Position numbers and translations under genes: made by a program. Below, piece after piece: positions 28,650-36,950 of a DNA stretch of 64,000 nt. Location of the stretch: contig CADBZO010000004.1 of assembly GCA_902799185.1 (NCBI GenBank), forward strand, positions 485 through 64,484. The letters run 5' to 3'. The notes under the pieces were generated by a model. That model ran no database searches. It was not told the origin of the DNA and saw only the letters and a list, made by a program, of their open reading frames with translations. How positions within the stretch are numbered: the first letter of the stretch is position 1; each line of letters begins with the position of its first letter. Source of the DNA: an uncultured Bacteroidales bacterium (GTDB taxonomy: Bacteria; Bacteroidota; Bacteroidia; Bacteroidales; Paludibacteraceae).

Positions 28650-28668
28650 ATCACAAATCATAAATCAC
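28648..28668. repeat. Short heptamer array (AAATCAY), 3 copies
   Basis: aaatcac aaatcat aaatcac overlaps the SusD stop codon. Confidence 0.75.
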
Positions 28669-28687
28669 CCATTAAAATCTTACCATT

Positions 28688-29458
28688 ATGAAACTGAATT
28701 GGAAAATTGCACTCTGTGCACTGGCAACCGTAGTAATGGTTGCATGTAAAGACAAAAAGGAAGTAACCGACCCGGGTACTGACCCCGGCACACAAACGGA
28801 GGACACCACCAAACAGCAGCCTACCGACTACACCAGTCCGATCAAGATCAACGACAAGTCCATCGCCGACTGGGACAAGCTCGATCAGTCGAAAGTGGCT
28901 GTAGCCAAACTGCCCAACGACCCGCTCTACACGGCTTTGAAAGAGATCCGTGTCTATGCCGACCAGGTCTATATCAACTACATCGTGATCTTTAATCCGG
29001 AGGAGATGACAAGCCACACGCCGCTTGATGTCATGCACATCTACATGAATGCAGACAACAACGATGAGACCGGCGGTTATTTCGACCAGTTCGATGCTAT
29101 TGGACAAGGCAACACCGATCTTATGTTCGAAGGTCCGATCTGGGATGACATGGGTCTGCAGATTTCCTACAATCCTGCTGTCTCGCTTTGGGCTGGTGAG
29201 ACCAAAGGAGAAGGATGGCTCTGGGAGGAAGTGGACGCTGCCGGTACACTCGGCGCCAGCCAGTTCGTAGAGGATGGCATCATCGAGGGTCGTCTCATCA
29301 AACAGTATATCCCTTGGAAGAACTGGACGGACGCTTTCGAAATCGGCTTCGATATCCAGCAGAACTACGAGTCTGTAGGACTCCTCCCGCAAGGCAACAC
29401 CCCGGATGGAGAACTGATTGGCCGCGCCAGAAAGTTATACGTCACCTTTGACAAATAA
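28688..29458 (+). CDS. PUL-encoded surface lipoprotein of unknown function (SGBP-position)
   Basis: Lipobox VVMVAC followed by a T/D/P-rich linker. Sits directly downstream of SusD. Confidence 0.6.
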   Translation: MKLNWKIALCALATVVMVACKDKKEVTDPGTDPGTQTEDTTKQQPTDYTSPIKINDKSIADWDKLDQSKVAVAKLPNDPLYTALKEIRVYADQVYINYIVIFNPEEMTSHTPLDVMHIYMNADNNDETGGYFDQFDAIGQGNTDLMFEGPIWDDMGLQISYNPAVSLWAGETKGEGWLWEEVDAAGTLGASQFVEDGIIEGRLIKQYIPWKNWTDAFEIGFDIQQNYESVGLLPQGNTPDGELIGRARKLYVTFDK

Positions 29459-29485
29459 CAGCGTTTAATCTAATCTGCGCTTTGT

Positions 29486-30937
29486 ATGAGAAAGCTATTC
29501 CTTTTCATGGCTCTGCCCTTGCTCATGATTGCGTGCAAGGGCAATGAGCCTACCCCTGTGGAGCCGAAACCGGAAGACACCACCGCTGTCATCGTACCCG
29601 ATCCCGAAGGAACACTCTATTTCACCGAGACGGAAGAACAGATAGCCAACCCCGAACGAGGGTTGTATGTACAGAAATATTACACCACCGCGAACCTCGA
29701 AGAGGTGGCTTCCGTCGATGCCATCAATACCAGCAGGGAGATCTCGCAGACCACCCTCTGTCTCCATTCCTATTATATGGCGGACTCCGTATCAGGCTCC
29801 GCCAACTACATGGAGAGCGACATTGCGCCGGAGTTTCTCGACCGTCTGGACAGGAACATGGACATCGTGCGCCAAGCCGGAGCGAAAGTAATCTTGCGTT
29901 TCTCATACGCCTATCATCATAACACCAAGAAAAAACCATGGGACGCATCGCCCGAATGGGCGTTGCGCCACATGGAGCAGATAGCCCCGTACCTCAAGAA
30001 ACACGCGGATATCATCTTCTGCGTCCAAGCTGGTTTCATCGGATCCTGGGGAGAGTGGTATTACACCACCAACTACCCGCAGAACCCCGCCAAAGACGAG
30101 GGCTACGAGACTCGCTGGCCCATCGCCGAGAAACTCATGGAAATCGTGCCGGAGGACAGGCAGATATGTTTCCGTCAGCCGCAGTTCAAGATGCGGTATC
30201 TCCGTACCCACGGCATGGAGGAGGCACCGCTGACTGCCGACGAAGCCTACCTGCCTACCGTCAAAGCACGCTGGGCGGGACATAACGACTGTTTCGTTTC
30301 CGGAGAAGGGGACGTAGGTACCTACCACAACGACGAGGAGCGGGCTTTCTGGGCTAAAGACACGAAATACACCCTCATGGGTGGCGAGACGTGCAAACTG
30401 TGCGAGTACTCCGCCGGAGAGAACGCCGTACGGGAGATGGAGACCTACCATTGGACCTACCTCTGCAACTCCTACCATCCTGACATCTTGAAGTCGTGGA
30501 AAGCCTCCGGCCATTACGAGACGATCAAACGCCGCCTCGGCTACCGTTTCGTGCTGGACAAAGCGACCCTCACACAGGCCCCCAAAGGCGGCGAAGTTTT
30601 CCAGGCGGAGATCACGCTTCATAACGCAGGATTTGCCGCGCCGGCGAACAAACGCGACGTGGAACTCGTCTTTGTCTCTGCCACCAACCCGAAAGAGAAA
30701 TATATCTTCCCCCAGACGGCTGACCCGCGGTTCTGGATGGCGGGCGAGAAACGTATCGTGACCCTCTCCTGTACCCTCAACGAGGCGATGCACGGTGCTT
30801 ACAAACTGTATCTCAACCTGCCCGACCCCTACCCCTCACTGCATGACGACCCGCGCTACTCGATACGCCTCGCCAACGAGAACGTGTGGGAACCCGAGAC
30901 CGGTTATAATCTACTTACCACTATAAATATTAACTGA
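29486..30937 (+). CDS. Lipoprotein, DUF4874/DUF4832-like putative glycoside hydrolase
   Basis: Lipobox LLMIAC. NPERGLY and AGFIGSWGEWYY resemble that family. Call is from memory. Confidence 0.5.
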   Translation: MRKLFLFMALPLLMIACKGNEPTPVEPKPEDTTAVIVPDPEGTLYFTETEEQIANPERGLYVQKYYTTANLEEVASVDAINTSREISQTTLCLHSYYMADSVSGSANYMESDIAPEFLDRLDRNMDIVRQAGAKVILRFSYAYHHNTKKKPWDASPEWALRHMEQIAPYLKKHADIIFCVQAGFIGSWGEWYYTTNYPQNPAKDEGYETRWPIAEKLMEIVPEDRQICFRQPQFKMRYLRTHGMEEAPLTADEAYLPTVKARWAGHNDCFVSGEGDVGTYHNDEERAFWAKDTKYTLMGGETCKLCEYSAGENAVREMETYHWTYLCNSYHPDILKSWKASGHYETIKRRLGYRFVLDKATLTQAPKGGEVFQAEITLHNAGFAAPANKRDVELVFVSATNPKEKYIFPQTADPRFWMAGEKRIVTLSCTLNEAMHGAYKLYLNLPDPYPSLHDDPRYSIRLANENVWEPETGYNLLTTININ

Positions 30938-30938
30938 T

Positions 30939-31811
30939 ATGAAAGATAAATTGTGGTTGCTTTTCATCCTCATCACCGTCGTCACATGGGGGGTATGGGG
31001 TGCTTTCTCCGGATACCAGATTCAGAATGGTATTCCCGATACCGTGGTCTATATCCTCTGGGCGCTGTCGATGATCCCGTGCGCCCTCGTGGCACTGGCT
31101 ATCAACAAGGGTAAGTTCCTCTGCGACGCACGTTCCGCGTTGCTCGGCTGCACCGTAGGACTCCTCGGCGCAGGAGGACAACTCGTGCTCTTCAAGGCGC
31201 TCACCCTCGGACCCAGTTATATCATCTATCCGTTTATCTCCATGTCGCCGGTAATCGTCATCACCCTCGCCGCCGTCTTCCTCAAGGAGAAAGCTACACG
31301 CTGGCAGATAGCCGGTATCGTCGTGGCGCTCATCGCAATCCTGCTCCTCTCTCTGGAGACCGGACAGGAAGGCAGCCCCGTCTCCGGATGGCTGTGGATA
31401 GTCCTCGCCGTGCTCGTGCTCTTTGCATGGGGTATTCAGGGTTTCTTCATGAAGTTTGCCAACAACTCCATGGATGCGGAGTCGATCTTCATCTGGATGG
31501 CACTCTCCGGTCTGGTACTCATCCCCGTAGCGTGGTATATGAACGGCGACGCGGCGGCTTTCTTCGCTGCCCAGGAATCGACATCCACCAGCCTCGGCTG
31601 TTTCGGTATCCAGCTCCTCAACTCCATCGGCGCACTCACCCTCGTCTATGCCTACCGTTATGGCAAGGCGGTCATCGTCTCGCCCATGGAAGGCCTCTCG
31701 CCGATGGTCACTGTACTGCTCTCGCTTGTCATTTTGGCGGTGATACCGAATCCCCTCCAGATAGCCGGCATCGCTTGCGCCGCCTTCGCCATGTACGCCC
31801 TCTCCAAATAA
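30939..31811 (+). CDS. DMT-superfamily (EamA/GRP sugar-porter-like) membrane transporter
   Basis: 290 aa with about 10 hydrophobic segments. The start is 1 nt after the upstream stop. Confidence 0.55.
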   Translation: MKDKLWLLFILITVVTWGVWGAFSGYQIQNGIPDTVVYILWALSMIPCALVALAINKGKFLCDARSALLGCTVGLLGAGGQLVLFKALTLGPSYIIYPFISMSPVIVITLAAVFLKEKATRWQIAGIVVALIAILLLSLETGQEGSPVSGWLWIVLAVLVLFAWGIQGFFMKFANNSMDAESIFIWMALSGLVLIPVAWYMNGDAAAFFAAQESTSTSLGCFGIQLLNSIGALTLVYAYRYGKAVIVSPMEGLSPMVTVLLSLVILAVIPNPLQIAGIACAAFAMYALSK

Positions 31812-31812
31812 C

Positions 31813-31860
31813 CCCCGCATCGACCATGCATAAACCCCGCATCGACCATGCATGGTCGAT
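31813..31860. repeat. 22-bp direct duplication ending in a perfect 20-bp palindrome
   Basis: ccccgcatcgaccatgcat occurs twice. atcgaccatg/catggtcgat lies at 31841-31860. Confidence 0.85.
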
Positions 31861-31878
31861 CTTAATACCCCTACTATC

Positions 31879-33483
31879 ATGAAAACAACTACCCTTTTAG
31901 CTACTGCCCTCTGCGCAGCCTTAAACCTGCAAGCCGCAGTAGTTGAACTCGACCTGAGCAAAGCGCAGGCAACCTCCTCTGCCGGCTCCGCTACGCTGGC
32001 GTATGACGCCGCCAATGGTGAACTGACCGTCAACTGGACCGTCAACACCGGATGGGAAGTGTCCGGCATCAATATCCCGTTGAGAAGCATCACGGGAATC
32101 ACCGGGCTGCTGTTCGATTACCAAGGAGATGGCTCTGCCGTAGCCCTCCTGCATTATTTCGTGGATGAACAAGGCACGTACTGGTGGGACGAAAACGGAG
32201 CGTTTGACCACGCATCCACGGAATGGCAATCCGCTTCGCTCACTCCCTCTAAAGCGCTATGGAGTACCCCTGCCTATGAGTTTGGTGCCTCTCCGATGCT
32301 GGGACTGCGTTTCGTTGCCAACCCTGCCGACCCCGCTTCAGGTACCTTCAAACTGCGTAACGTCAAACTCGTTACCTCCGGCGAGGGAGGAGACCCCGTC
32401 AATCCCGAAGGACAATCGTTGCCGTTGACCTATAACGGAGAGGTTCTGCCGATAAACACCGACTTTACACGCACCATGAGCGGACAGATTGGCAAAAACA
32501 TCGGCATACCCGAAGTCTCCGGCATCGCCTGCTCACGTGTCACACCCGGATATATATGGATGCAGAGTGATGAGACCGACAAGAACACCAACCCTTTCAT
32601 CATCGCTACGGACGAGACCGGTTCGGTACTCGGAGCCAAGGTCACTTTTGACAATGTCTATCGCTGGGACTGGGAAGACATGTGCGGGGGCGTCTATGAC
32701 AACAAGAACTACCTCTTCATCGGCGGCTTCGGCGACAATAACCACACCGATGGAGAATATTGTATCATCTATTTCGAGGAACCGGCTATCGACCCCGCCA
32801 ACCCCGATGTCTCCGTTAAGGCCAAACGCATCAAGTTCGCCTACCCCGACGGACAGAAACACAACTGCGAGTCCATGATGTACGACAATATAGAACAGAA
32901 ATTGTATATTGTCACGAAAGTCTATGATGACGTCAATCAGGTCTATTCACTGCCTTTCTCCCTCGACTACGGCGACACGCAGCAGACCCTCACCTACGTC
33001 TGTGACCTCGGCGTCAAGTCCGACATAGGCGAAGGAGAGTTCCAAGGGGCTACCCACCGCTACAAAGGATTCCATCTCGCTACCGCAGCAGACATCTCAC
33101 CTGACGGCAAATATATCCTCATCAAGAACCATAACAACTACGTAGCCATCTATTCGTGGATTCTCTATTGGGAGCGCGTGGGTAACGAAAGCATCTCCGA
33201 GACCCTCAAGAACCGCCGGCCGCAGGTCATCGACTGCTATGAGTACGAATGGCAGGGAGAAGCCATCGCCTGGCGTGACAACAACACCTTCTACACCACC
33301 TCCGACTCCGACATAGACAGCGAACCGCCTATCTACAAATATGTCCGCGAAGGGAAAGAAGAAGGCTTCGCCTCAGCCCGTCCGGAGAAAAACAGCCGGA
33401 ACACGCTCGTGCTCATCAACGGAGTGACCTATATCCGCACCCCGCGCGGTCTCTACTCCTTGGACGGCAGAAAAGCGGAATAA
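31879..33483 (+). CDS. Secreted protein of unknown function (535 aa) with the shared C-terminal tail
   Basis: Signal peptide MKTTTLLATALCAALNLQA. No recognisable family. The ATG at 31879 is preferred. Confidence 0.6.
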   Translation: MKTTTLLATALCAALNLQAAVVELDLSKAQATSSAGSATLAYDAANGELTVNWTVNTGWEVSGINIPLRSITGITGLLFDYQGDGSAVALLHYFVDEQGTYWWDENGAFDHASTEWQSASLTPSKALWSTPAYEFGASPMLGLRFVANPADPASGTFKLRNVKLVTSGEGGDPVNPEGQSLPLTYNGEVLPINTDFTRTMSGQIGKNIGIPEVSGIACSRVTPGYIWMQSDETDKNTNPFIIATDETGSVLGAKVTFDNVYRWDWEDMCGGVYDNKNYLFIGGFGDNNHTDGEYCIIYFEEPAIDPANPDVSVKAKRIKFAYPDGQKHNCESMMYDNIEQKLYIVTKVYDDVNQVYSLPFSLDYGDTQQTLTYVCDLGVKSDIGEGEFQGATHRYKGFHLATAADISPDGKYILIKNHNNYVAIYSWILYWERVGNESISETLKNRRPQVIDCYEYEWQGEAIAWRDNNTFYTTSDSDIDSEPPIYKYVREGKEEGFASARPEKNSRNTLVLINGVTYIRTPRGLYSLDGRKAE

Positions 33484-33548
33484 CACGTTTGAGTGCCTTT
33501 TGAACTCCACCGGGGCTCTTTTTGAACTCCATTGGGCACAATAATGAG

Positions 33549-33595
33549 GACATACGCAAGAATTTTTCAAAAAAACTTGCGTATGTCATTTTTTT
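33549..33595 (+). terminator. Rho-independent terminator
   Basis: 12-bp stem gacatacgcaag / cttgcgtatgtc followed by attttttt. Confidence 0.75.
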
Positions 33596-33607
33596 GTTGT
33601 ACCTTTG
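33577..33607 (+). promoter_or_regulatory. Strong Bacteroidota promoter (TTG-N20-TACCTTTG) for ssrA
   Basis: One of four near-identical copies of TTGCRTAT...GTACCTTTGCAC (also 34689, 35401, 57307). Confidence 0.65.
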
Positions 33608-33632
33608 CACCCGCTTTTATTTCAACCATTCA

Positions 33633-33668
33633 CTCGGGACGTAAAACTTGTTTTGCGGACCGAAGAGC
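33633..33668 (+). repeat. CTCGGGACG-hairpin-ACCGAAGAGC motif, copy 1 (tmRNA leader)
   Basis: ctcgggacgtaaaacttgttttgcggaccgaagagc. Confidence 0.8.
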
Positions 33669-33670
33669 AA

Positions 33671-34059
33671 GGGGCTATTTGGTTTTGACAGCAGGTAGAA
33701 TGGTTGTGTAAGCACGCCGGGCAATGAGGCAACGCCCGTTAATCTCGCTTCAAAATATAACTGGCAACACTTCTTATGCTCTCGCTGCCTGATCGAAGTA
33801 TAGTAGATCGGCTTATTCGGGCGCAAGGCGCTTGAACGGGACATCGCTCCAAGCCGAGTCTGTGGGCTGAAGGATTAAGCGGTGCAGAAATTCACAGAAT
33901 AGGTGTCGCAGGCTGCGATGCGGCGCCGAAAATCAAGCAGATAAGACGGTAGTTGGTGGCTTGGGTCTTGCTACCGGACGAAAATCAAGGCCAAGATAAG
34001 CGTGTAGAAAGCACAAGTATTCCTTGTTTGGACACGGGTTCGACTCCCGTTAGCTCCAC
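33671..34059 (+). ncRNA. ssrA: tmRNA (SsrA)
   Basis: 5' ggggctatttggttttgacagc pairs with 3' ...gggttcgactcccgttagctccac (tRNA-like T-arm and acceptor). Internal tag ORF ggc aac act tct tat gct ctc gct gcc tga = GNTSYALAA-stop at 33763-33792. Confidence 0.9.
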
Positions 34060-34086
34060 TCGGTAAAAACGATTAAATTCTTCTTC

Positions 34087-34131
34087 CTCGGGATGTAAAC
34101 CAAGCCATAGGCTGTTTGCAGACCGAAGAGC
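34087..34131 (+). repeat. CTCGGGA-hairpin-ACCGAAGAGC motif, copy 2
   Basis: ctcgggatgtaaaccaagccataggctgtttgcagaccgaagagc. Confidence 0.75.
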
Positions 34132-34176
34132 GGAGGCACAAGTTGCCCGTCCATTAAGCGGAGGCATCTGTTCTCC

Positions 34177-34212
34177 CTCGGGACGTAAAACGTGTTTTAC
34201 GAACCGAAGAGC
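34177..34212 (+). repeat. CTCGGGACG-hairpin-ACCGAAGAGC motif, copy 3
   Basis: ctcgggacgtaaaacgtgttttacgaaccgaagagc, with a perfect 8-bp stem. Confidence 0.8.
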
Positions 34213-34276
34213 GCAGCATAACACGTAGCGTAATCGAGCGGCGCTGCCGCGAGTCACGCGAGTGTTAATGCAAGCA

Positions 34277-34349
34277 GGGGTATTAGCTCAGTTGGTAGAG
34301 CGCAACGTTCGCAATGTTGAGGTCAGGGGTTCGACTCCCCTATGCTCCA
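34277..34349 (+). tRNA. tRNA-Ala: tRNA-Ala (anticodon CGC)
   Basis: Hand-folded cloverleaf. Acceptor ggggtat/atgctcc with G3:U70, D arm gctcagttggtagagc, anticodon loop ttCGCaa, T arm ggggttcgactcccc. Confidence 0.9.
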
Positions 34350-34352
34350 CGA

Positions 34353-34378
34353 AAATCCGGCACACACCGGATTTTTTT
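34353..34378 (+). terminator. Rho-independent terminator after tRNA-Ala
   Basis: aaatccgg-cacaca-ccggattt followed by tttt. Confidence 0.8.
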
Positions 34379-34688
34379 ATGGCTATTTTCTATTGGGCGT
34401 CAACTTTTTCTGCCATTTCTGTATAATATTGAGAAATAACGCATTACGAGAATTATATTATTATTTATTTAAATCAACAATGTTTTTTATGTTTATGTCT
34501 TTGAGTGCTTTTTACTCGTAGAGTTGTACAAATTGGTAGTAAAAGCTGTCTGGAAACTTGCTTACAGGCAGATTTTAGTAGCATTTTGTGCAAGAAGCAA
34601 AGCTTCTAAAGCACTCAAAGGGTTTTATCGGTTTTTGTTTATTTTTTAGTGGACAGTAGTGATATTGAGAAATTTTTTGCAGAAAAAC

Positions 34689-34719
34689 TTGCATATATCA
34701 GGAAAAAGCAGTACCTTTG
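34689..34719 (+). promoter_or_regulatory. Promoter TTG-N20-TACCTTTG (copy 2 of the conserved promoter)
   Basis: acttgcatatatcaggaaaaagcagtacctttgcac. Confidence 0.6.
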
Positions 34720-34740
34720 CACTGAATTACGTGTCAATCC

Positions 34741-34773
34741 CGACGGTCAACCGACAGTCAACCGACAGTCAAC
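34741..34773. repeat. Three tandem 11-bp units (CGACRGTCAAC) in a 5' leader
   Basis: Reads cgacggtcaac cgacagtcaac cgacagtcaac. Confidence 0.9.
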
Positions 34774-34850
34774 TATAACGTATAAATACCGAATAAGGCC
34801 CCTATACCGCCAAACAAAACCCAATTTAACCCTTTAAAACCTATCTTATT

Positions 34851-35201
34851 ATGTCCGAAATTATAACATCATCCGGAATCGACTATGTCCGCGGAAAATT
34901 CAAGAAAAGAGACGCCGGCTATTTCTATGTCCGTAATGGTAAACAGTTCTACCGCGACCGCGAAGAGACCTACCAAAAGAACCAGTCTCCCCGCCAGAAA
35001 TGGAACTCCGAGGCTTTTGCTTATGCCAACCGTGAATTAGCCCGTCTCCGTGCCACGCCCGAACTGGAGGCGCAGCTCCGTTCGGAATACGAAACCGCGG
35101 ACCACCTCGCCTCAAACGGCAAAACCTACTCCACCGTCTGGGCATGGAAATTCAATTCCCTCCTCTACGACTACAAGCAATCCCACCCCTTTGTTTCTTA
35201 G
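34851..35201 (+). CDS. Hypothetical protein (116 aa), paralog family with 57446-57757 and 57821-58201
   Basis: Shared N-terminal I-x-x-(V/I)-(R/S)-G-K-(F/I) motif and later P-x-S/Q...F segments. Preceded by the conserved promoter. Confidence 0.55.
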   Translation: MSEIITSSGIDYVRGKFKKRDAGYFYVRNGKQFYRDREETYQKNQSPRQKWNSEAFAYANRELARLRATPELEAQLRSEYETADHLASNGKTYSTVWAWKFNSLLYDYKQSHPFVS

Positions 35202-35275
35202 CAAATCGCGCCCCTTTGTGTCTTAGTAAAGCGCCCCTCGTCCATTAGTATACCGCGCCCCTTCGTTCATTAGCC
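35180..35275. repeat. Four degenerate tandem units of about 23 bp (GCGCCCCTTYGTNNNTTAG)
   Basis: ccacccctttgtttcttagcaaat / cgcgcccctttgtgtcttagtaaa / gcgcccctcgtccattagtatac / cgcgccccttcgttcattagccc. The first unit is the 3' end of the CDS. Confidence 0.8.
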
Positions 35276-35400
35276 CGGCATCCGATGCCGGTTGTTTCGT
35301 CTTTGTTTATCATGCCTATTTTTATCTCCCCCTGCTTTCCTGCCCAGCCTTGCTTATCCCTGCTTATTCCTGCCTAAAATGGCCTATTCATGCAAATAAA

Positions 35401-35432
35401 TTTGCATATGTCCGAAAAATATTGTACCTTTG
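35401..35432 (+). promoter_or_regulatory. Promoter TTTG-N20-TACCTTTG (copy 3)
   Basis: tttgcatatgtccgaaaaatattgtacctttgcac, about 40 nt before the ATG at 35473. Confidence 0.6.
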
Positions 35433-35472
35433 CACCCGAATAGATAACCAGAAAGAAAAGAAAACTACTACA

Positions 35473-36834
35473 ATGAATAACGAGAACCAAAACATTGAGT
35501 ACAAAGAGTCTTGGCGCGATGAGTATGTCAAGTGGCTATGCGGCTTTGCCAATGCACAAGGCGGCAAACTCTATATCGGCATAAACGACAAAGGCGAAGT
35601 GTGCGGTGTGGAGAATGCTCACAAGTTGTCTGAAGATATTCCTAACAAAGTAGTTTCTTTCTTGGGTATTGTGGCCGATGTGAACGTTCTCCATAAAGAC
35701 GGAAAGGATTATATAGAAATCGACGTGGCTCCGAGCGATGTGCCCATCAGCTACAAGGGAAAGTACTATTTCCGTTCCGGCAGCACATTGCAGGAACTGA
35801 ATGGTGCAGCTCTGCAGAACTTTGTTCTCAGGAAGATGGGACGCTCGTGGGACGAGGTGACGAATGACCGTGCAGCACTCAAAGACATTGACCGTGAGGC
35901 GGTTGATTATTTTATCCGCAAAGGAATAGAGGCCGAGCGTGTTCCCGAGGACCTCCGCAAAGCCTCAACGGAAGAAGTGTTAACGAGCTTGGGCTTGATT
36001 GACGACAACGGCGGACTGACCAATGCGGCTGTTCTGCTTTTCGGCAAGAACCCTCAGCGCTATTATCCGAGTGCTGTCTTCAAGATAGGTCGTTTTGGCA
36101 TCGACGAAGCGGATCTGAGGTTTCAAGATGTAATTGAGGGCAATATCCTGCAAATGGCTGAGCGCGTGATGGATGTGCTCAAAGCCAAATATCTGATTTC
36201 TCCGGTTCGTTTCGAAGGAATGCAGCGATACGAAAAACTGGAACTACCCAAAGAGGCTTTACGAGAGATTCTTTATAATGCCCTTGCGCATAAGGATTAT
36301 ACAGGGCCGGACATCCAGATGCATGTCTATGACAGCAGTATTGAGATTTGGAACGAAGGAGAATTGCCGGAGGGTTATACTCAAGAGACTCTTTTTGCCA
36401 GCCACTCATCCAAACCGCGCAATCATAAGATTGCTAATGTCTTCTTCAAATCCGGTTTTATCGACACATGGGGACGAGGCTTCCAGAAGATCCGTGATGG
36501 TTTTGCGGCAGACGGGATCCCGATGCCCAAGGTCGAGAATTTCTGCGGCGGTGTACGAGTGACTATTGAACGAACCGTATTCGTAAAACTGTCGGTCAGT
36601 GGTCAGACAGGTGGTCAGACAGGTGGTCTGACAAGTGGTCAGACTGGTGGTCAGACGAGAGAACGTGTATATGAATTAATAAAGACTAATCCCTATATAA
36701 CACGAGATGAATTAAGTAAGGTTCTCGGAATATCTCCTTCTGCAATACAAAAGCACATTGACAAACTAAAAGAAGTTCGTATTAGAAGAATAGGAGGTGA
36801 TTTTGGTGGTCATTGGGAAATAATTGAAAAATAG
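35473..36834 (+). CDS. AlbA_2 (Schlafen-like) + HATPase_c_4-like + C-terminal wHTH protein
   Basis: NIEYKESW...GFANAQGGKLYIGINDKGEVCGV is the classic AlbA_2 N-terminus. The C-terminus RERVYELIKTNPYITRDELSKVLGISPSAIQKHI is HTH-like. Confidence 0.7.
   Translation: MNNENQNIEYKESWRDEYVKWLCGFANAQGGKLYIGINDKGEVCGVENAHKLSEDIPNKVVSFLGIVADVNVLHKDGKDYIEIDVAPSDVPISYKGKYYFRSGSTLQELNGAALQNFVLRKMGRSWDEVTNDRAALKDIDREAVDYFIRKGIEAERVPEDLRKASTEEVLTSLGLIDDNGGLTNAAVLLFGKNPQRYYPSAVFKIGRFGIDEADLRFQDVIEGNILQMAERVMDVLKAKYLISPVRFEGMQRYEKLELPKEALREILYNALAHKDYTGPDIQMHVYDSSIEIWNEGELPEGYTQETLFASHSSKPRNHKIANVFFKSGFIDTWGRGFQKIRDGFAADGIPMPKVENFCGGVRVTIERTVFVKLSVSGQTGGQTGGLTSGQTGGQTRERVYELIKTNPYITRDELSKVLGISPSAIQKHIDKLKEVRIRRIGGDFGGHWEIIEK
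36598..36657 (+). repeat. Coding 12-nt tandem repeat (GGTCAGACAGGT x5) encoding an SGQTGGQTGGLTSGQTGGQT linker
   Basis: Direct reading. Confidence 0.9.
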
Positions 36835-36870
36835 AATCGGCTGTCACCGCCCATCCATCCACCGAGCGAT

Positions 36871-36903
36871 GAGCGGGAGAAGAGCGGGAGAAGAGCGAGA
36901 GAT
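36871..36903. repeat. Three tandem 11-bp units (GAGCGGGAGAA)
   Basis: Reads gagcgggagaa gagcgggagaa gagcgagagat. Intergenic. Confidence 0.9.
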
Positions 36904-36950
36904 GACCGAGACACAAAACCGCCGAAAAAAGAAAAAATTGGCAAAAAGAA

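Noticed and set aside
33617-34257. ORFs 33617-33844 and 33985-34257 on the minus strand.
   Set aside because: They overlap the tmRNA gene and its flanking hairpin modules. The RNA assignment explains the sequence.
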